Assembly: GCA_965238005.1 (NCBI GenBank)
Contig: OZ250165.1
Location: 2,368,001-2,432,000, forward strand
From: Longimicrobiales bacterium
GTDB lineage: Bacteria; Gemmatimonadota; Gemmatimonadetes; Longimicrobiales; Gaopeijiaceae
Reading direction: 5' to 3'
Length of the DNA stretch: 64,000 nucleotides
Made by a program: the position numbers and the translations under genes. Below the pieces are notes generated by a model. It saw only the letters and a list, made by a program, of their open reading frames with translations, did no database searches and was not told the origin of the DNA. Shown piece by piece: positions 30,230 to 40,450 of this stretch (the first letter of the stretch is position 1; the number at the start of each line of letters is the position of its first letter).

Positions 30230-31756
30230 CTATGCCTCGGGGCGGAGCCTCCGCCCCACTGCGTTCTCCAGGTTCGCCAGCTCGATATGGAACGTGTACA
30301 GCGCGTCGAGATATGCCCGCTCCGCGTCGGCCATCGTGCGCTCCGCGTCGAGCAGCACCAGGAAGTTGTCCGCCCCCAGGCTGTAGCGGGCCCGGGCGAG
30401 CTCCAACTGCTCTCCGGCCACCACACGGTTCCGCTCCTCGACCTGTACCACGTTGTAGGCCGTCGCCAGCGCGTCGTGGGCCGACGTGACCGCTGTCCTG
30501 AGACGGAGCTCCTCGGCGCGACGGAAGTGGACGGCGTCCTCGTAAGCGTTGGCAGCCTGCGACACCTGCCGCTCCCGGCTGAAGCCCGTGAAGACCGGAA
30601 TGCTAATGTTCAGCCGTGCCCGGAAAGGCTGATTATGGAAGTTGAACGGGAAGACCTCGTTGGACGCGAGAATCGCGTCGCGACCGGCATCCGTGAGGAC
30701 GAAGGATGAGCAGTCCTGGGGGAGTCCCGTCAAGGGTATGCTCAAGCCCGAGGAGATCCTGTTGAACATCTCGCAGTCCGCAATGTTCCCCAGGGCTCCG
30801 CGCTCCGCGCCGTTCACCAGGAACTGGCCGTTCTGGATCTGCTGCGTGAAGCCGGACCACTCTCCCTGGAGCGTCACGCTCGGGAAGTAGGAGCTTCTGG
30901 CCTGGCGGAGATTCGCTTTGCGGGCGCCCTCGCTGGCCACGAAGGCCTTGAGCTGTGGATGTGACTCCAGTGCCTGGGAAATCAGCGCCGTATTGGCCCA
31001 CGTCGGCTCGAACACGCGGAACTCGCTCACGAGCTCTACTCGATCCTCTATGTTCAATCCGACGGTCTCCAGGAGGCGAAACGTCTCCACCCGAAGCGCC
31101 GACTCGAATTGGAGCAGCGCCACCGAGTCGCGGCCCATATGTACCTGGGCCTGTTTGGCGTCGGTGACGATGGCGGCCTGGGCGTCCACGCGGGCCTGGG
31201 CGATCTCGAGGTTCTCGATGGATCGCTCCACCTGTCGCCGGGCGACTTCCACCTGATCTCGGGCACGCAGGGCCGTCATGTACTGGAGCGTCACCAGAGA
31301 CTCCATGGTGAACTCCGCTGCGACGGTACGGGCGTGGGTCGCACTACGATCCGCCTTGGCGCTGCTGACCCCGAAGAGTCTGTTTCCGTCAAGCGCGTAC
31401 GACGCCTGGAGCTGATAGAACGAGGTGTAGAGGGCGCCCTGGTCGACGCCCCCGGTGTTGATCGTCCCGATCCGCGATACGCCGGGAGCCCGATAGGACA
31501 TGTTTCCGAAGACCGTCACCGTAGGGACCAACAGATTCGTGACCGCTTCCCTCATGGCCCAGTCCGACGCAGCTTCATCGTTCTGGGTGGCCAAGAAGGT
31601 CGGGTTGTTATCCCGGGCGAGATCGATGGCGACCTGGAGGGTCAGTCGTACCGTTTCCTGCCCGAGCGCCATCGCCGCCGTGGCCATCAGGGCCGCCGCA
31701 GTCATGGTCAGGGCTCGCCTCACATGGTTCATATCGAGATCCAGGACTCGCGTCAC
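30230..31756 (-). CDS. TolC family outer-membrane protein
   Basis: Signal peptide, two OEP repeats (ARYSLGA..LVLLDAE); SD GGAGGT. Confidence 0.9.
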   Translation of the reverse strand: MTRVLDLDMNHVRRALTMTAAALMATAAMALGQETVRLTLQVAIDLARDNNPTFLATQNDEAASDWAMREAVTNLLVPTVTVFGNMSYRAPGVSRIGTINTGGVDQGALYTSFYQLQASYALDGNRLFGVSSAKADRSATHARTVAAEFTMESLVTLQYMTALRARDQVEVARRQVERSIENLEIAQARVDAQAAIVTDAKQAQVHMGRDSVALLQFESALRVETFRLLETVGLNIEDRVELVSEFRVFEPTWANTALISQALESHPQLKAFVASEGARKANLRQARSSYFPSVTLQGEWSGFTQQIQNGQFLVNGAERGALGNIADCEMFNRISSGLSIPLTGLPQDCSSFVLTDAGRDAILASNEVFPFNFHNQPFRARLNISIPVFTGFSRERQVSQAANAYEDAVHFRRAEELRLRTAVTSAHDALATAYNVVQVEERNRVVAGEQLELARARYSLGADNFLVLLDAERTMADAERAYLDALYTFHIELANLENAVGRRLRPEA

Positions 31757-31898
31757 GTCCTACCTCCACAGTGCCGCTTGGTGTTGAAAAAGGGGAAAGG
31801 GATTCGACCGGAGCCAGCTAACTTCGCCAACCGCCACTACCGCACCGTGCACCGCACCCTCCGATCGAGTCCCACAGTCCGCATTCATCCACTTCTTA

Positions 31899-31914
31899 GG
31901 AAATCTTCGTGCCA
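31899..31914 (-). promoter_or_regulatory. Sigma54 promoter (one mismatch at -13)
   Basis: TGGCACGAAGATTTCC upstream of tolC. Confidence 0.55.
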
Positions 31915-31943
31915 GAGTCTGGAATTTCACTTAACCTATTTCA

Positions 31944-31956
31944 TATCAATGGTTTA
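31944..31956 (+). promoter_or_regulatory. IHF binding site
   Basis: TATCAATGGTTTA fits WATCAANNNNTTR, within an AT-rich patch between the UAS-like site and the sigma54 site. Confidence 0.65.
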
Positions 31957-32169
31957 CATGCGCGACACGCCCTTCCGGTATCCCGTTCGATCTGCTCGCC
32001 TGCGGGACCCCCCTTCCCATTAGCGAACACATATGAAAACGAGCTCACCTGCCGGGAGGACCGTTCCGATCCGGTCAGTGTGCACGAGGCGCATGGTAGG
32101 TGTGGAGCCGTTCGGGCTGCAGCGCTACGGGGTTACGAGTGGCGCCCGCCAGCTCCCTCTTCTGCGCCC

Positions 32170-32800
32170 GAAGCCGTCACCATGGATGCGACGGCTTCAC
32201 GTGGACCCGTGGGGATCACTGGCACACGCGTCCAGCGGAGGAGGCGTAGGGAGAGGCATCCCTACCGCACTCCGGCCAGTGCTCCCTGTGTAGGCGCGTA
32301 GCGGCTCACGGGGAGGTGTGGGCTGGTCGGCCGCTACTGCGGCCGATCTTGCTGGTTGATGTACTGCTGCATTACCAAGGCGGTGCTCCACCACAGGAGA
32401 GGAGGCAGGATGAGAAGCCGGGGTTCCCCCGGTACAAATCGCCGAGTCACTTCACTGGGTGGGGATACAAGAAGCACGGGGATGGCTGGCGCTTCACGCT
32501 TGATACCGATCACCGGCACCGGATCCGAAACGGCACGCTCCGGATCAGTGGGATCGGGGAGATGCGCCCCCCGCGGCAGGATGCGTACCTATGGTCTTCC
32601 GAAGACCTGCCTGATCGTCCAGGAGCACGGACGATGGTATGCGTCGATCACTCCTGTGCTTCCCCGGGCGGGAGACGACCGGCCAGGCCGCAGGCATTGA
32701 CTGGGGAGTCTCGACCTTCGCCACGGTGGCCACGGCCGAGGGTGGTGTAGCCCAGATCCAGAACCCCAGACTGCTCCGGTCCGCAGAGAGGCTCTGGCCC
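32170..32800 (+). mobile_element. tnpB: Degenerate IS200/IS605-family element: TnpB fragment plus hairpins
   Basis: KPGFPRYKS..WGYKKHGDGWRF, GTLRISGIG, WYASIT, RuvC-I GIDWGVSTFAT, IQNPR across frameshifts; hairpins at 32170-32198 and 32282-32315. Confidence 0.8.
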
Positions 32801-32809
32801 AGGCGCAGC

Positions 32810-33006
32810 TCGAGCTCGACGATGGGAGCATGGTCCTCGAAGGTCCGGGAATCGGCCGGGGCGGCGTCCCCATCATCAACCGCATCACCTGGTCGGTTGT
32901 GAACAGGGACCCGGATCATGTCCGGCAGCTCTGGCAGACCTCCACCGACGACGGTAAGAGCTGGTCCGTGGCCTTCGACCGACACTACCACCGCGGGGGG
33001 AGAACT
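32810..33006 (+). pseudogene. C-terminal fragment of DUF1579-like protein
   Basis: MVLEG..INRITW..VRQLWQTSTDDGKSWSVAFD..Y. Confidence 0.55.
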
Positions 33007-33282
33007 AGTGTGGTGTCCCAGAAGTTCGCGAGCCACCGAGAGTGCCGAGGCGCCGGATTCGGGGCACCCGCGCCGTTAGGCGTGGATCAGGCGCGACGAC
33101 GAGGAGTAGCAACGCGGGCACCGCGGCCGAAGGCCGTGGTCCGAGGAGGAGGAACACCGCAGGGCCGGATGCATCGGTGCTCGAGCCGAGCGACCTTCAT
33201 GCTTGCCGTGAGCGCCGAGTCGACCGCGAGACGATCGAGCGCAGCGAGATCAATGGCCGAGACACTTCTGGGACACCACACT
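33007..33282. mobile_element. MITE family B, complete copy with 19-bp perfect TIRs
   Basis: AGTGTGGTGTCCCAGAAGT (33007-33025) / ACTTCTGGGACACCACACT (33264-33282); left junction is CTAG. Confidence 0.88.
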
Positions 33283-33446
33283 GGGAGCCTGCTCCGGCGC
33301 CTCGCACTTCCCGAGGCCTCAGCCGGCACGATCACGGCCGGCCGGAAGTGGCCCGCTTCATGCACATCTGTTTCTGCGACTTCAATGCCAGCCTATCTTG
33401 CCGCGGCCCCGACCAGATGAAGACAACCGAGAGAGACCGGAGAACG

Positions 33447-34391
33447 ATGGCAGACACCCAGCCCTTCAGCGAGCTCGAGCGCAGGCTGGGCTCGGAGCGG
33501 CTCGAGGTGGACGCCCCCCTGGCACCTCTCACCACGTTCAGGATCGGAGGGACGGCGGACCGGCTGTTTCGTGCTCGTACCGCCGACGAGCTCGTCGAAT
33601 CGGTCCTGGCTGTGCGGGAGTTGGGGATTCCGCACTTTCTGCTGGGTAAGGGCGCCAACGTTCTGGTGGGCGACGGTGGATTCCGCGGCGTCGTGATCCG
33701 CTGTGAGGTACGGGCTGTGGACTTCCTCGAGTCGGATCTGGTGAGGGCCGGCTCCGGAGTCGACACCTACCCGGATCTCATCGAGGCCACCGTCAGTCGA
33801 GGACTGGCCGGTCTCCATCACTTCGTTGGCATCCCGAGCACGGTGGGAGGGGCCATGTGGCAGAACCTGCACTTCCTCTCCCCCGCCCCGGAGCGAGAGC
33901 GCACGATCTTCATCGAAGAGATGGTCGAGGCTGCCGAGATCCTCACCGAAGAGGGCGAGCGGCGCACGGTGGATCGGGACTACTTCGATTTCGGATACGA
34001 CTACAGCATTCTGCACGAACGGGACGACGTGGTCCTGTCTGTGGACCTTCGCCTTGCGCGAGCACCCGAAGCGGAGCTTCGCCGGGTCATGAGCGAAAAT
34101 CTCGAGTGGCGCAAGGACCGGCATCCGGACCTCCGGGTCCACGCCAGCGCCGGGTCGATCTTCCAGAAGATCGAAGGGATCGGGGCGGGACGGCTCATCG
34201 ACGAGTGCGGCCTGAAGGGGCGAGTACACGGGCGCGCTCAGATCTTCTCCCGGCACGCCAACATCATCGTGAACCTGGGGGGAGCCACGGCAGCAGACGT
34301 ACGGGCCCTCATCGACCTGGCCCAGGAGACCGTGGCCCGGGAACAGGGACATGACCTGGTTCCGGAGATCACCTTCGTCGGGGAGTTCTGA
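33447..34391 (+). CDS. murB: UDP-N-acetylmuramate dehydrogenase
   Basis: TTFRIGG, LGKGANVL, GIPSTVGGA, SAGSIF, HANIIVNLG. Confidence 0.95.
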   Translation: MADTQPFSELERRLGSERLEVDAPLAPLTTFRIGGTADRLFRARTADELVESVLAVRELGIPHFLLGKGANVLVGDGGFRGVVIRCEVRAVDFLESDLVRAGSGVDTYPDLIEATVSRGLAGLHHFVGIPSTVGGAMWQNLHFLSPAPERERTIFIEEMVEAAEILTEEGERRTVDRDYFDFGYDYSILHERDDVVLSVDLRLARAPEAELRRVMSENLEWRKDRHPDLRVHASAGSIFQKIEGIGAGRLIDECGLKGRVHGRAQIFSRHANIIVNLGGATAADVRALIDLAQETVAREQGHDLVPEITFVGEF

Positions 34392-34398
34392 GGGTAGG

Positions 34399-35061
34399 CT
34401 ACCCGGCGAGCTCCCGCAGGAGATCTCCGCCCAGGTCGTGGCCGCCGGGATGCGTCAGCGTGCGGAATGGGACCTCCATGTCCGCCAGCCTGGCCTCTTG
34501 CCGCTGGTGAGCAGCCTCCGAGACGTAGGGATCCGACAGGCCACGAACCAGCACCAGATCGGTGCCGGCCAGGCGGGCGGGGCCCCGCTCCCCGTCGAGG
34601 TCGTCGGGCGGGTAGGCGCCCCAACAGACTAGCAGCCGTACGGGCATCTCTCCCGCGACCACCCACCGGCAGGCCGTGTGGACCCCCTGGGAGAAGCCCA
34701 GGACGATGAGGCTCTCGGGCGGACCACCCATTTTCTCCTCCACCTCTCCGACGACCGCATCGAGATACCCTATGTAGTCGCGGATCTCACTCAGCCGGTC
34801 CTCTCTGGTCATCCACGTGGCGCCGATGGTATCGTCGGGACCGTGTTGGCGTGTGCCGTCGTCCAGGTAGAAGCGCGACAGGCCTTCGGGCGCCACGATG
34901 AGGCGAGAGCCTTCATCCAGGCCCCGGAAGTCGCGTAGGAAGCGCCGGGCGAGCTGTCGGTATCCATGGCAGACGAGCCACAGCTGGCGCGTGTCAGGGC
35001 CGGCGGTGCCCAGGGTGAAGTAGCGGGCCGTCCTGGAAACCTGGATGTGGTGCTCGTCCAC
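34399..35061 (-). CDS. Alpha/beta hydrolase (phospholipase/carboxylesterase)
   Basis: CHGY, APEGLSRFY, GFSQG, GGH; GTG start inferred. Confidence 0.85.
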   Translation of the reverse strand: MDEHHIQVSRTARYFTLGTAGPDTRQLWLVCHGYRQLARRFLRDFRGLDEGSRLIVAPEGLSRFYLDDGTRQHGPDDTIGATWMTREDRLSEIRDYIGYLDAVVGEVEEKMGGPPESLIVLGFSQGVHTACRWVVAGEMPVRLLVCWGAYPPDDLDGERGPARLAGTDLVLVRGLSDPYVSEAAHQRQEARLADMEVPFRTLTHPGGHDLGGDLLRELAG

Positions 35062-35069
35062 GTGTCGCC

Positions 35070-35447
35070 TCAGATCCCGAACCACAGGTAGACGGTGTAC
35101 CTCAAGAAGCCGACGTGGGAGAGCAGGAAGAGCGCGAGAACGCCCCGCCGCCACCGGCTTCGGTCCACCTTGAAGTTCTTGAAGATGAGACCGATAGGCA
35201 GGAGCAGGATCCACCCGACGTAGGGCAGGAAGTGAGTCGCCAACGTCGGGAAGGTGTCCAGGAATACGGACGGCTGCCCCGACGACAGCCCGAGGCCTCG
35301 GAGTAGTGTCCGCAGCCCCAGGGGAAAGAGCACGCAGTACTCCGGAATGACAAAGAGGGCGTTCACGAAGAAGAGCATGCCCTCGCGGGTTTCGATCCAG
35401 GGCTCAGACGGATTCTCGCCGGGTGCCTGCTGCGTGGCGTCCGTCAT
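35070..35447 (-). CDS. Small membrane protein, unknown function
   Basis: Three hydrophobic segments; 4-nt overlap with rmlC. Confidence 0.7.
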   Translation of the reverse strand: MTDATQQAPGENPSEPWIETREGMLFFVNALFVIPEYCVLFPLGLRTLLRGLGLSSGQPSVFLDTFPTLATHFLPYVGWILLLPIGLIFKNFKVDRSRWRRGVLALFLLSHVGFLRYTVYLWFGI

Positions 35448-36004
35448 TCTCCGTACCGGAAAGGACTGACGCCGTCCTGGAGGAGCGGTAGCGTCCGATC
35501 ACGCTCCGAGAGAACGGGATCGTTGAGCGGCCACGGGATCCCCACCGAAGGATCGTCCCAGGCGATGCCGCCGTCGAGGTCCGCGTCGAACTCGGCAGAT
35601 ACCTTGTAAACCAGGTCCGCCGCCTCGCTTAGGCAGAGATATCCGTGGGCGAACCCGCGAGGGATGTAGAGGATCTCTCCCTCTTCTCCGGAAAGCACGC
35701 CTCCCACCCAGCCACCGAAGGTGGGCGATCCGACCCTCAGATCCACGGCCACATCGAAGACCTCGCCATGGACGACGCGGACGAGCTTGGCCTGGGCCCG
35801 CGGTGGCGCCTGGAAGTGCAGACCACGCAACACGCCACGGGTGGACCGGGCGTGGTTGTCCTGGACGAAGATGTCCGGCACCCCGCCTTCCTCGAAAGCT
35901 GATGCACGGTACGTCTCCGAAAAGAAGCCCCGCTGATCGTCGTACCGGGCCGGTGTGATCCGGATCACGTCCGGTATCTCGAGTCGCTCAAAACGAAAAG
36001 ACAT
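35444..36004 (-). CDS. rmlC: dTDP-4-dehydrorhamnose 3,5-epimerase
   Basis: DQRGFFSE, QDNHARS..GVLRGLHFQ, DVAVDLR, GFAHG. Confidence 0.96.
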   Translation of the reverse strand: MSFRFERLEIPDVIRITPARYDDQRGFFSETYRASAFEEGGVPDIFVQDNHARSTRGVLRGLHFQAPPRAQAKLVRVVHGEVFDVAVDLRVGSPTFGGWVGGVLSGEEGEILYIPRGFAHGYLCLSEAADLVYKVSAEFDADLDGGIAWDDPSVGIPWPLNDPVLSERDRTLPLLQDGVSPFRYGE

Positions 36005-36201
36005 GGAACCGTGTGCGGCTTTCGGTCGTCCTATTTGTGTGGAGACCCCGTCAGTCCGACGGCTGCCCGCCGAGTCGCGCCGAAAGGTGTCAGCGCGTCT
36101 CCGGCCCGGCAACCGTCCCACTGTCAGGAGAACTCCTTTGCTCGACCGCGAGGTGGCGCTATGCTGAATACCACGGAAAGAACCGCTCGAAAGTGACGGT
36201 A

Positions 36202-38472
36202 ATGAGCCCAAAATCAGCCGCCACGGCTACCCTCCTCGCGGGACTGCTCATGACGCCCGGCTTCGGCCGGGCGCAGGAGTCGGACTCGCTCGTGCAGGGG
36301 CAGACGCCCGGCGACGCGGTGGATCCCGTCCGACAGCCGGGAGCAAACCCCTTCTCGGGCTTCGAGACGCACTTTCTCGCCAACGGGCTCAAGGTTTGGT
36401 TCAAGCGTCTGTCCGACGCCCCCAACGTCTCCGTCAGCCTTGCGGTCCCGTTCGGCTCGCACTGGGATCCTCGGGGAAAGGAAGGCCTGGCCCACTTCAC
36501 GGAGCACATGCTCTTCTCGGACCACGAGGGTCGATCCGAGCAGGAGGTGAAGGACGCCATCGAGGGACTCGGAGGACGGCGCAACGGCTTCACCACGGCG
36601 GACCACACCTGGTACTACGCCACCATCGACAAGCGACACGGGCTCTTCGCCATCGAGTGGCTCTCCCGTATCGTCTCGCCCCACGCCATGGATCCGGAGG
36701 TGGTGGAGCGAAACCGGCAGCCCATCGCCCTCGAGACGAACGCCAGGCCCCGTGAGATCTTCGAGCACGTTTGGTCGTTTATCAACCCATCGGTGCTCAT
36801 GCCACCCGACTTCTGGCAAAAAGAGTATGGGATGAACACGCGCGGCCTTCGGCCAATGGACCGATGGGCCACCCTGCACGCCATCACGCCGGAGGACCTG
36901 CGCGGGTTCTACGACACGTACTACGTGCCGGCGGCCATGACCCTCACGATCGTGGGTGACCTGGATCGTGACGAAGCGCTGGCAACGGCTGAGAGCACTT
37001 TCGGAACTCTCCCGAGACGCTCTGTTCCTCCCCGCGAGATCGCCATTCAGGATCCGAACAGGATGAGGGCCACCTACGCCTGGGGCTTTCCCTCCAACGT
37101 GCGGTACACGGCGCGCTACAAGCTCTACCACCCCAGCGCCGAGGACGAGCTCATGATCCTCTTCACACGGGATCTGCTCAATCGGCGCCTCAACCAACGC
37201 CTGCGCTATGGTGAGCAGAAGGCGGTCTACGGCCTCCAGGTTGCGTCCTCCAAGAGGGGCCCCGCCGGGTTCCTCCAGGTGAGAGGCTCTATCGACGAAG
37301 ATGAATACGACTTCGCTCTCGGTGTCATCGAGGAGGAGATCGAAGCACTCCGGACCGGCACCCTGGACCCCATCGCCTTCGAGGCGGACCGGACGGCCGT
37401 CATCGAACGCCTCCGTAGCGGAAATCAGACGTCGGCGACCCTGAACTTCTGGGTGCACCGCAACTTCTACGACCCGGACACGTTCACGGACTTCCCGGAC
37501 GTCCTCGGGTTCTACGAGGGCGTGACTCAGGAAGAGATTGCCTCGTTCGCGGCGCGAAACCTGGTGCCCGAACGGCAGGTCCTGTCCGTCCTGCACATCC
37601 ATCCGGTCACCCAGGGGATCATGGTGGCGGCTCTTCTGATCCTAGTGTGGGTGGCCGTTCGGATCGTCGGATGGGGTCTCACGAGCCCGGTCACGATGAG
37701 CGACATCCGGTATGTGGCACGATTCCGAATGCCGATCGTTTTCAGGGTCGTGGCGGTCCTGGCCATCGGGGGTGTGGGCCTCGTCCTGGCCCGACTCACC
37801 TTCTTCGGCCTCCAGTGGATCACGCTCACCTACGTGGCGACGGTGGACGATTACGCGATCCAAACGGCGAGCTATGCCCTCATGCTAGTCGCGGTCTTGG
37901 CGCTGTTCCTGGTCTATCTATCTCGCTTTCCCAGGAAGCTCCTGATCTTCCCGGATCACCTGCGAGTCAAGTCGCTGGCGTATCGCTCCCGGGTCTTCAA
38001 GCCCGAGGATCTCGAGGAGATCTCGCTGCGACGCTTCCACAAGGTCTGGCTCAGCAGGGACCTCTTCCGCTGCTTCCCTATGTCGATGGGGTTGATCCGG
38101 CCCGGTATCTACCTGCGGCCCATGAAGGGGCGGGCATACTTCTTCCGCACACGGGACAGCAAGGAGCTCATCGAGGTCCTGGGAGCCTGGCGAGGCGAGC
38201 CCATCACGAAGGCGACCCCCGAGCCACGTGACGAGGCGACGCGCGAGCCACGTGACGAGGCGACGCGCGAGGATTCCGCCGGGACCTCTTCAAAGGCGGG
38301 CGTCGTACCGCAGTCGACAAAGTCCCCGGCGCCTGTGGCGCCGGATCCGTCACTCGTCGAAGAGAGCCACGACGACATCGACTTCGACAGCATCGGGCTC
38401 ACGGACGAGGAGATGGAAGAGCTTCTCGGCGAGACCAAGCGAGACGACGGCTCTACTTGCGGAGGCGACTGA
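36202..38472 (+). CDS. M16 (insulinase-like) zinc peptidase with C-terminal TM region
   Basis: Signal peptide, GLAHFTEHMLF (HxxEH), NGFT, three C-terminal TM helices. Confidence 0.85.
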   Translation: MSPKSAATATLLAGLLMTPGFGRAQESDSLVQGQTPGDAVDPVRQPGANPFSGFETHFLANGLKVWFKRLSDAPNVSVSLAVPFGSHWDPRGKEGLAHFTEHMLFSDHEGRSEQEVKDAIEGLGGRRNGFTTADHTWYYATIDKRHGLFAIEWLSRIVSPHAMDPEVVERNRQPIALETNARPREIFEHVWSFINPSVLMPPDFWQKEYGMNTRGLRPMDRWATLHAITPEDLRGFYDTYYVPAAMTLTIVGDLDRDEALATAESTFGTLPRRSVPPREIAIQDPNRMRATYAWGFPSNVRYTARYKLYHPSAEDELMILFTRDLLNRRLNQRLRYGEQKAVYGLQVASSKRGPAGFLQVRGSIDEDEYDFALGVIEEEIEALRTGTLDPIAFEADRTAVIERLRSGNQTSATLNFWVHRNFYDPDTFTDFPDVLGFYEGVTQEEIASFAARNLVPERQVLSVLHIHPVTQGIMVAALLILVWVAVRIVGWGLTSPVTMSDIRYVARFRMPIVFRVVAVLAIGGVGLVLARLTFFGLQWITLTYVATVDDYAIQTASYALMLVAVLALFLVYLSRFPRKLLIFPDHLRVKSLAYRSRVFKPEDLEEISLRRFHKVWLSRDLFRCFPMSMGLIRPGIYLRPMKGRAYFFRTRDSKELIEVLGAWRGEPITKATPEPRDEATREPRDEATREDSAGTSSKAGVVPQSTKSPAPVAPDPSLVEESHDDIDFDSIGLTDEEMEELLGETKRDDGSTCGGD
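38221..38268 (+). repeat. Exact 24-bp tandem duplication (EPRDEATR x2)
   Basis: GAGCCACGTGACGAGGCGACGCGC x2. Confidence 0.95.
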
Positions 38473-38510
38473 TCGGAGGGCTAGCCGTACCCCATTGCTC
38501 GGACGGACCC

Positions 38511-39893
38511 CTAGACCCCGACCTCCACGCCTTCTTCGAGGTGCAGCCTCCTGAGATCCCGTCCGAAGCGAACCCGCACACGCATCAGTAGGAACACCGA
38601 GACGGCTGCCAGGCCTGCAGCCATCCCCCACCAGAGCCCCAAGGGGCCGAAACCCGCGCGGAAGCCGAAGTAGAGGCTGATGGGCAGTCCGATGAGCCAG
38701 AAGCCGACCAGGTTCACCACCATGGGCGCCAGCGTGTCACCGACTCCCCGCAGCACGCCCGAGGCCACCGCTTGCAGCCCGTCGAAGACCTGGAAGATCC
38801 CAGCCACGGGAATGAGCGCAGCCGCCAGGCTCACCACCACCATGTCCGGGCTGTAGATCCGCGCCAGCACTCCGGGAACACTCAGGAACGTGACGCCGAA
38901 AAATGTCATCATGCCACCGACGAAGAGGAGGCCCGCACCTGCCGAGCGCCTAGCCTGCGCCGGATCCCCCGCCCCTACGGCCTGCCCCACAAGGACCGCG
39001 CACGCCTGCGTGACCCCCACGGCGGCCATGAAGGTGAAGCTCGCCAGGTTGATAGCCACCTGGTGGCTCGCCATGGGAATGGTCCCCAGCCACCCCATGG
39101 AGATCCCGATGACGCCGAACACACCGAACTCGAGAAAGAACTGGACACCGATGGGCGCGCCGAGACGGAACATCCGGAGCAGGGGCCCCGCCGCCATCGC
39201 CTGGGGCCGCAACGGCCACAGATACGGTCGCAGGACAGGCCAGGCCACCACCAGAAGAGCCATGACCATGACCCACCTGCTGAGCGTCGTGGCCCATCCG
39301 GATCCCACCGCGCCCATGGCCGGAAAACCCAGGTTGCCGAAGATCAGCACCCAGTTGAAGAAGACGTTGGCCAGGTTGGCCACGAGGATGACCACGACGA
39401 TGGGAGCCACCCGGCCCATGGCCTGGAGGCTCTGCCTCAGAACGATGAAACCGTAGAACGGCAACACGCCCGGGATCGAGACCAGGGCGTACTCGGCCGC
39501 CACCGGAATCACGTCCGGAGGCTGGCGCAACAAGGTCAAGAAAGGCAGGCCAGGAGTCAGCAGAAGCGAAGAGAAGAGGGCGAGGAGGGCGGCCATGACG
39601 AATCCACGCTGGATACCACGGGCGATTCCCGCTCGGTCGTCGGCTCCAAAGGCTTGGGAGACCACGGGATCCAGCGCGAAGAGCGTGCCGAGCCCGAAGC
39701 TCGCCGTCAGGAAGAAGTACAGGTTGCCTAGAGCTACGGCCGCCAGGTCGCGGGCCGATAGGTGCCCCACCATGACGGTGTCCACCGCACCCATGAGCAT
39801 GACGCCCACCTGGACGGCCGCCACGGGCATGGCCAGTCGGATCAGAGCGGTGAAGTCGCCCTTCACGGGGACCATTTGGCGAACGACGCGCAT
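38511..39893 (-). CDS. MATE family efflux transporter (NorM-like)
   Basis: VDTVMVG, DPVVSQAFGA, FQVFDGLQ, LRGVGDT; about 12 TM. Confidence 0.93.
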   Translation of the reverse strand: MRVVRQMVPVKGDFTALIRLAMPVAAVQVGVMLMGAVDTVMVGHLSARDLAAVALGNLYFFLTASFGLGTLFALDPVVSQAFGADDRAGIARGIQRGFVMAALLALFSSLLLTPGLPFLTLLRQPPDVIPVAAEYALVSIPGVLPFYGFIVLRQSLQAMGRVAPIVVVILVANLANVFFNWVLIFGNLGFPAMGAVGSGWATTLSRWVMVMALLVVAWPVLRPYLWPLRPQAMAAGPLLRMFRLGAPIGVQFFLEFGVFGVIGISMGWLGTIPMASHQVAINLASFTFMAAVGVTQACAVLVGQAVGAGDPAQARRSAGAGLLFVGGMMTFFGVTFLSVPGVLARIYSPDMVVVSLAAALIPVAGIFQVFDGLQAVASGVLRGVGDTLAPMVVNLVGFWLIGLPISLYFGFRAGFGPLGLWWGMAAGLAAVSVFLLMRVRVRFGRDLRRLHLEEGVEVGV

Positions 39894-40162
39894 GAGCACG
39901 GGGAATCGAGGTGGCACCGGATACGCAAAGGACCGCGCCGGGCCCGGAGGGTCCGACGCGGTCCGAGAAGGATAACGCTTTCGAGGCGAGCGGTCCGGCG
40001 CCCGGGCTCAGGCTCCCTCGATGGTGGGTGTCACTACGAGACTGAGGGCACCGCCACCCACCAGAGCCGAAGTGGTCCCAAGCACGAGCGACTGGCCATT
40101 CGATGGAGATGTCGGAGACGCCGTTGGCGTTTACCGGAGGGACGAGGGCGGGATGGAGATCG

Positions 40163-40450
40163 CTACTTCCCGGCGGCGTCAGTGTGGCCGGACACCCGGG
40201 CCCGCTCTTCCCGACGGGCGCGATCCCGTCTGATCTCGAGCAGGAGTCGTTGCTCCTCTTCCAGTTCGCCTCGCCGCGGCGCCCGCACCCGCTCGGCCTG
40301 GGGAGCCACGAACGTGGAAACGAGAGTGATGGGGAATCCCAGCCAGAACGCGGCGAGGCGCTTGAAGCCCCGCTCGCCGTTCCGCACGTAAGAGCAGTAC
40401 GCGAAGTTGGCCGCCACCCAGACGAACGCCCCCAAAAGTCCACTGAACAT
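40163..40450 (-). CDS. Small membrane protein
   Basis: Two hydrophobic segments plus charged tail; SD-like GGGAG. Confidence 0.55.
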   Translation of the reverse strand: MFSGLLGAFVWVAANFAYCSYVRNGERGFKRLAAFWLGFPITLVSTFVAPQAERVRAPRRGELEEEQRLLLEIRRDRARREERARVSGHTDAAGK

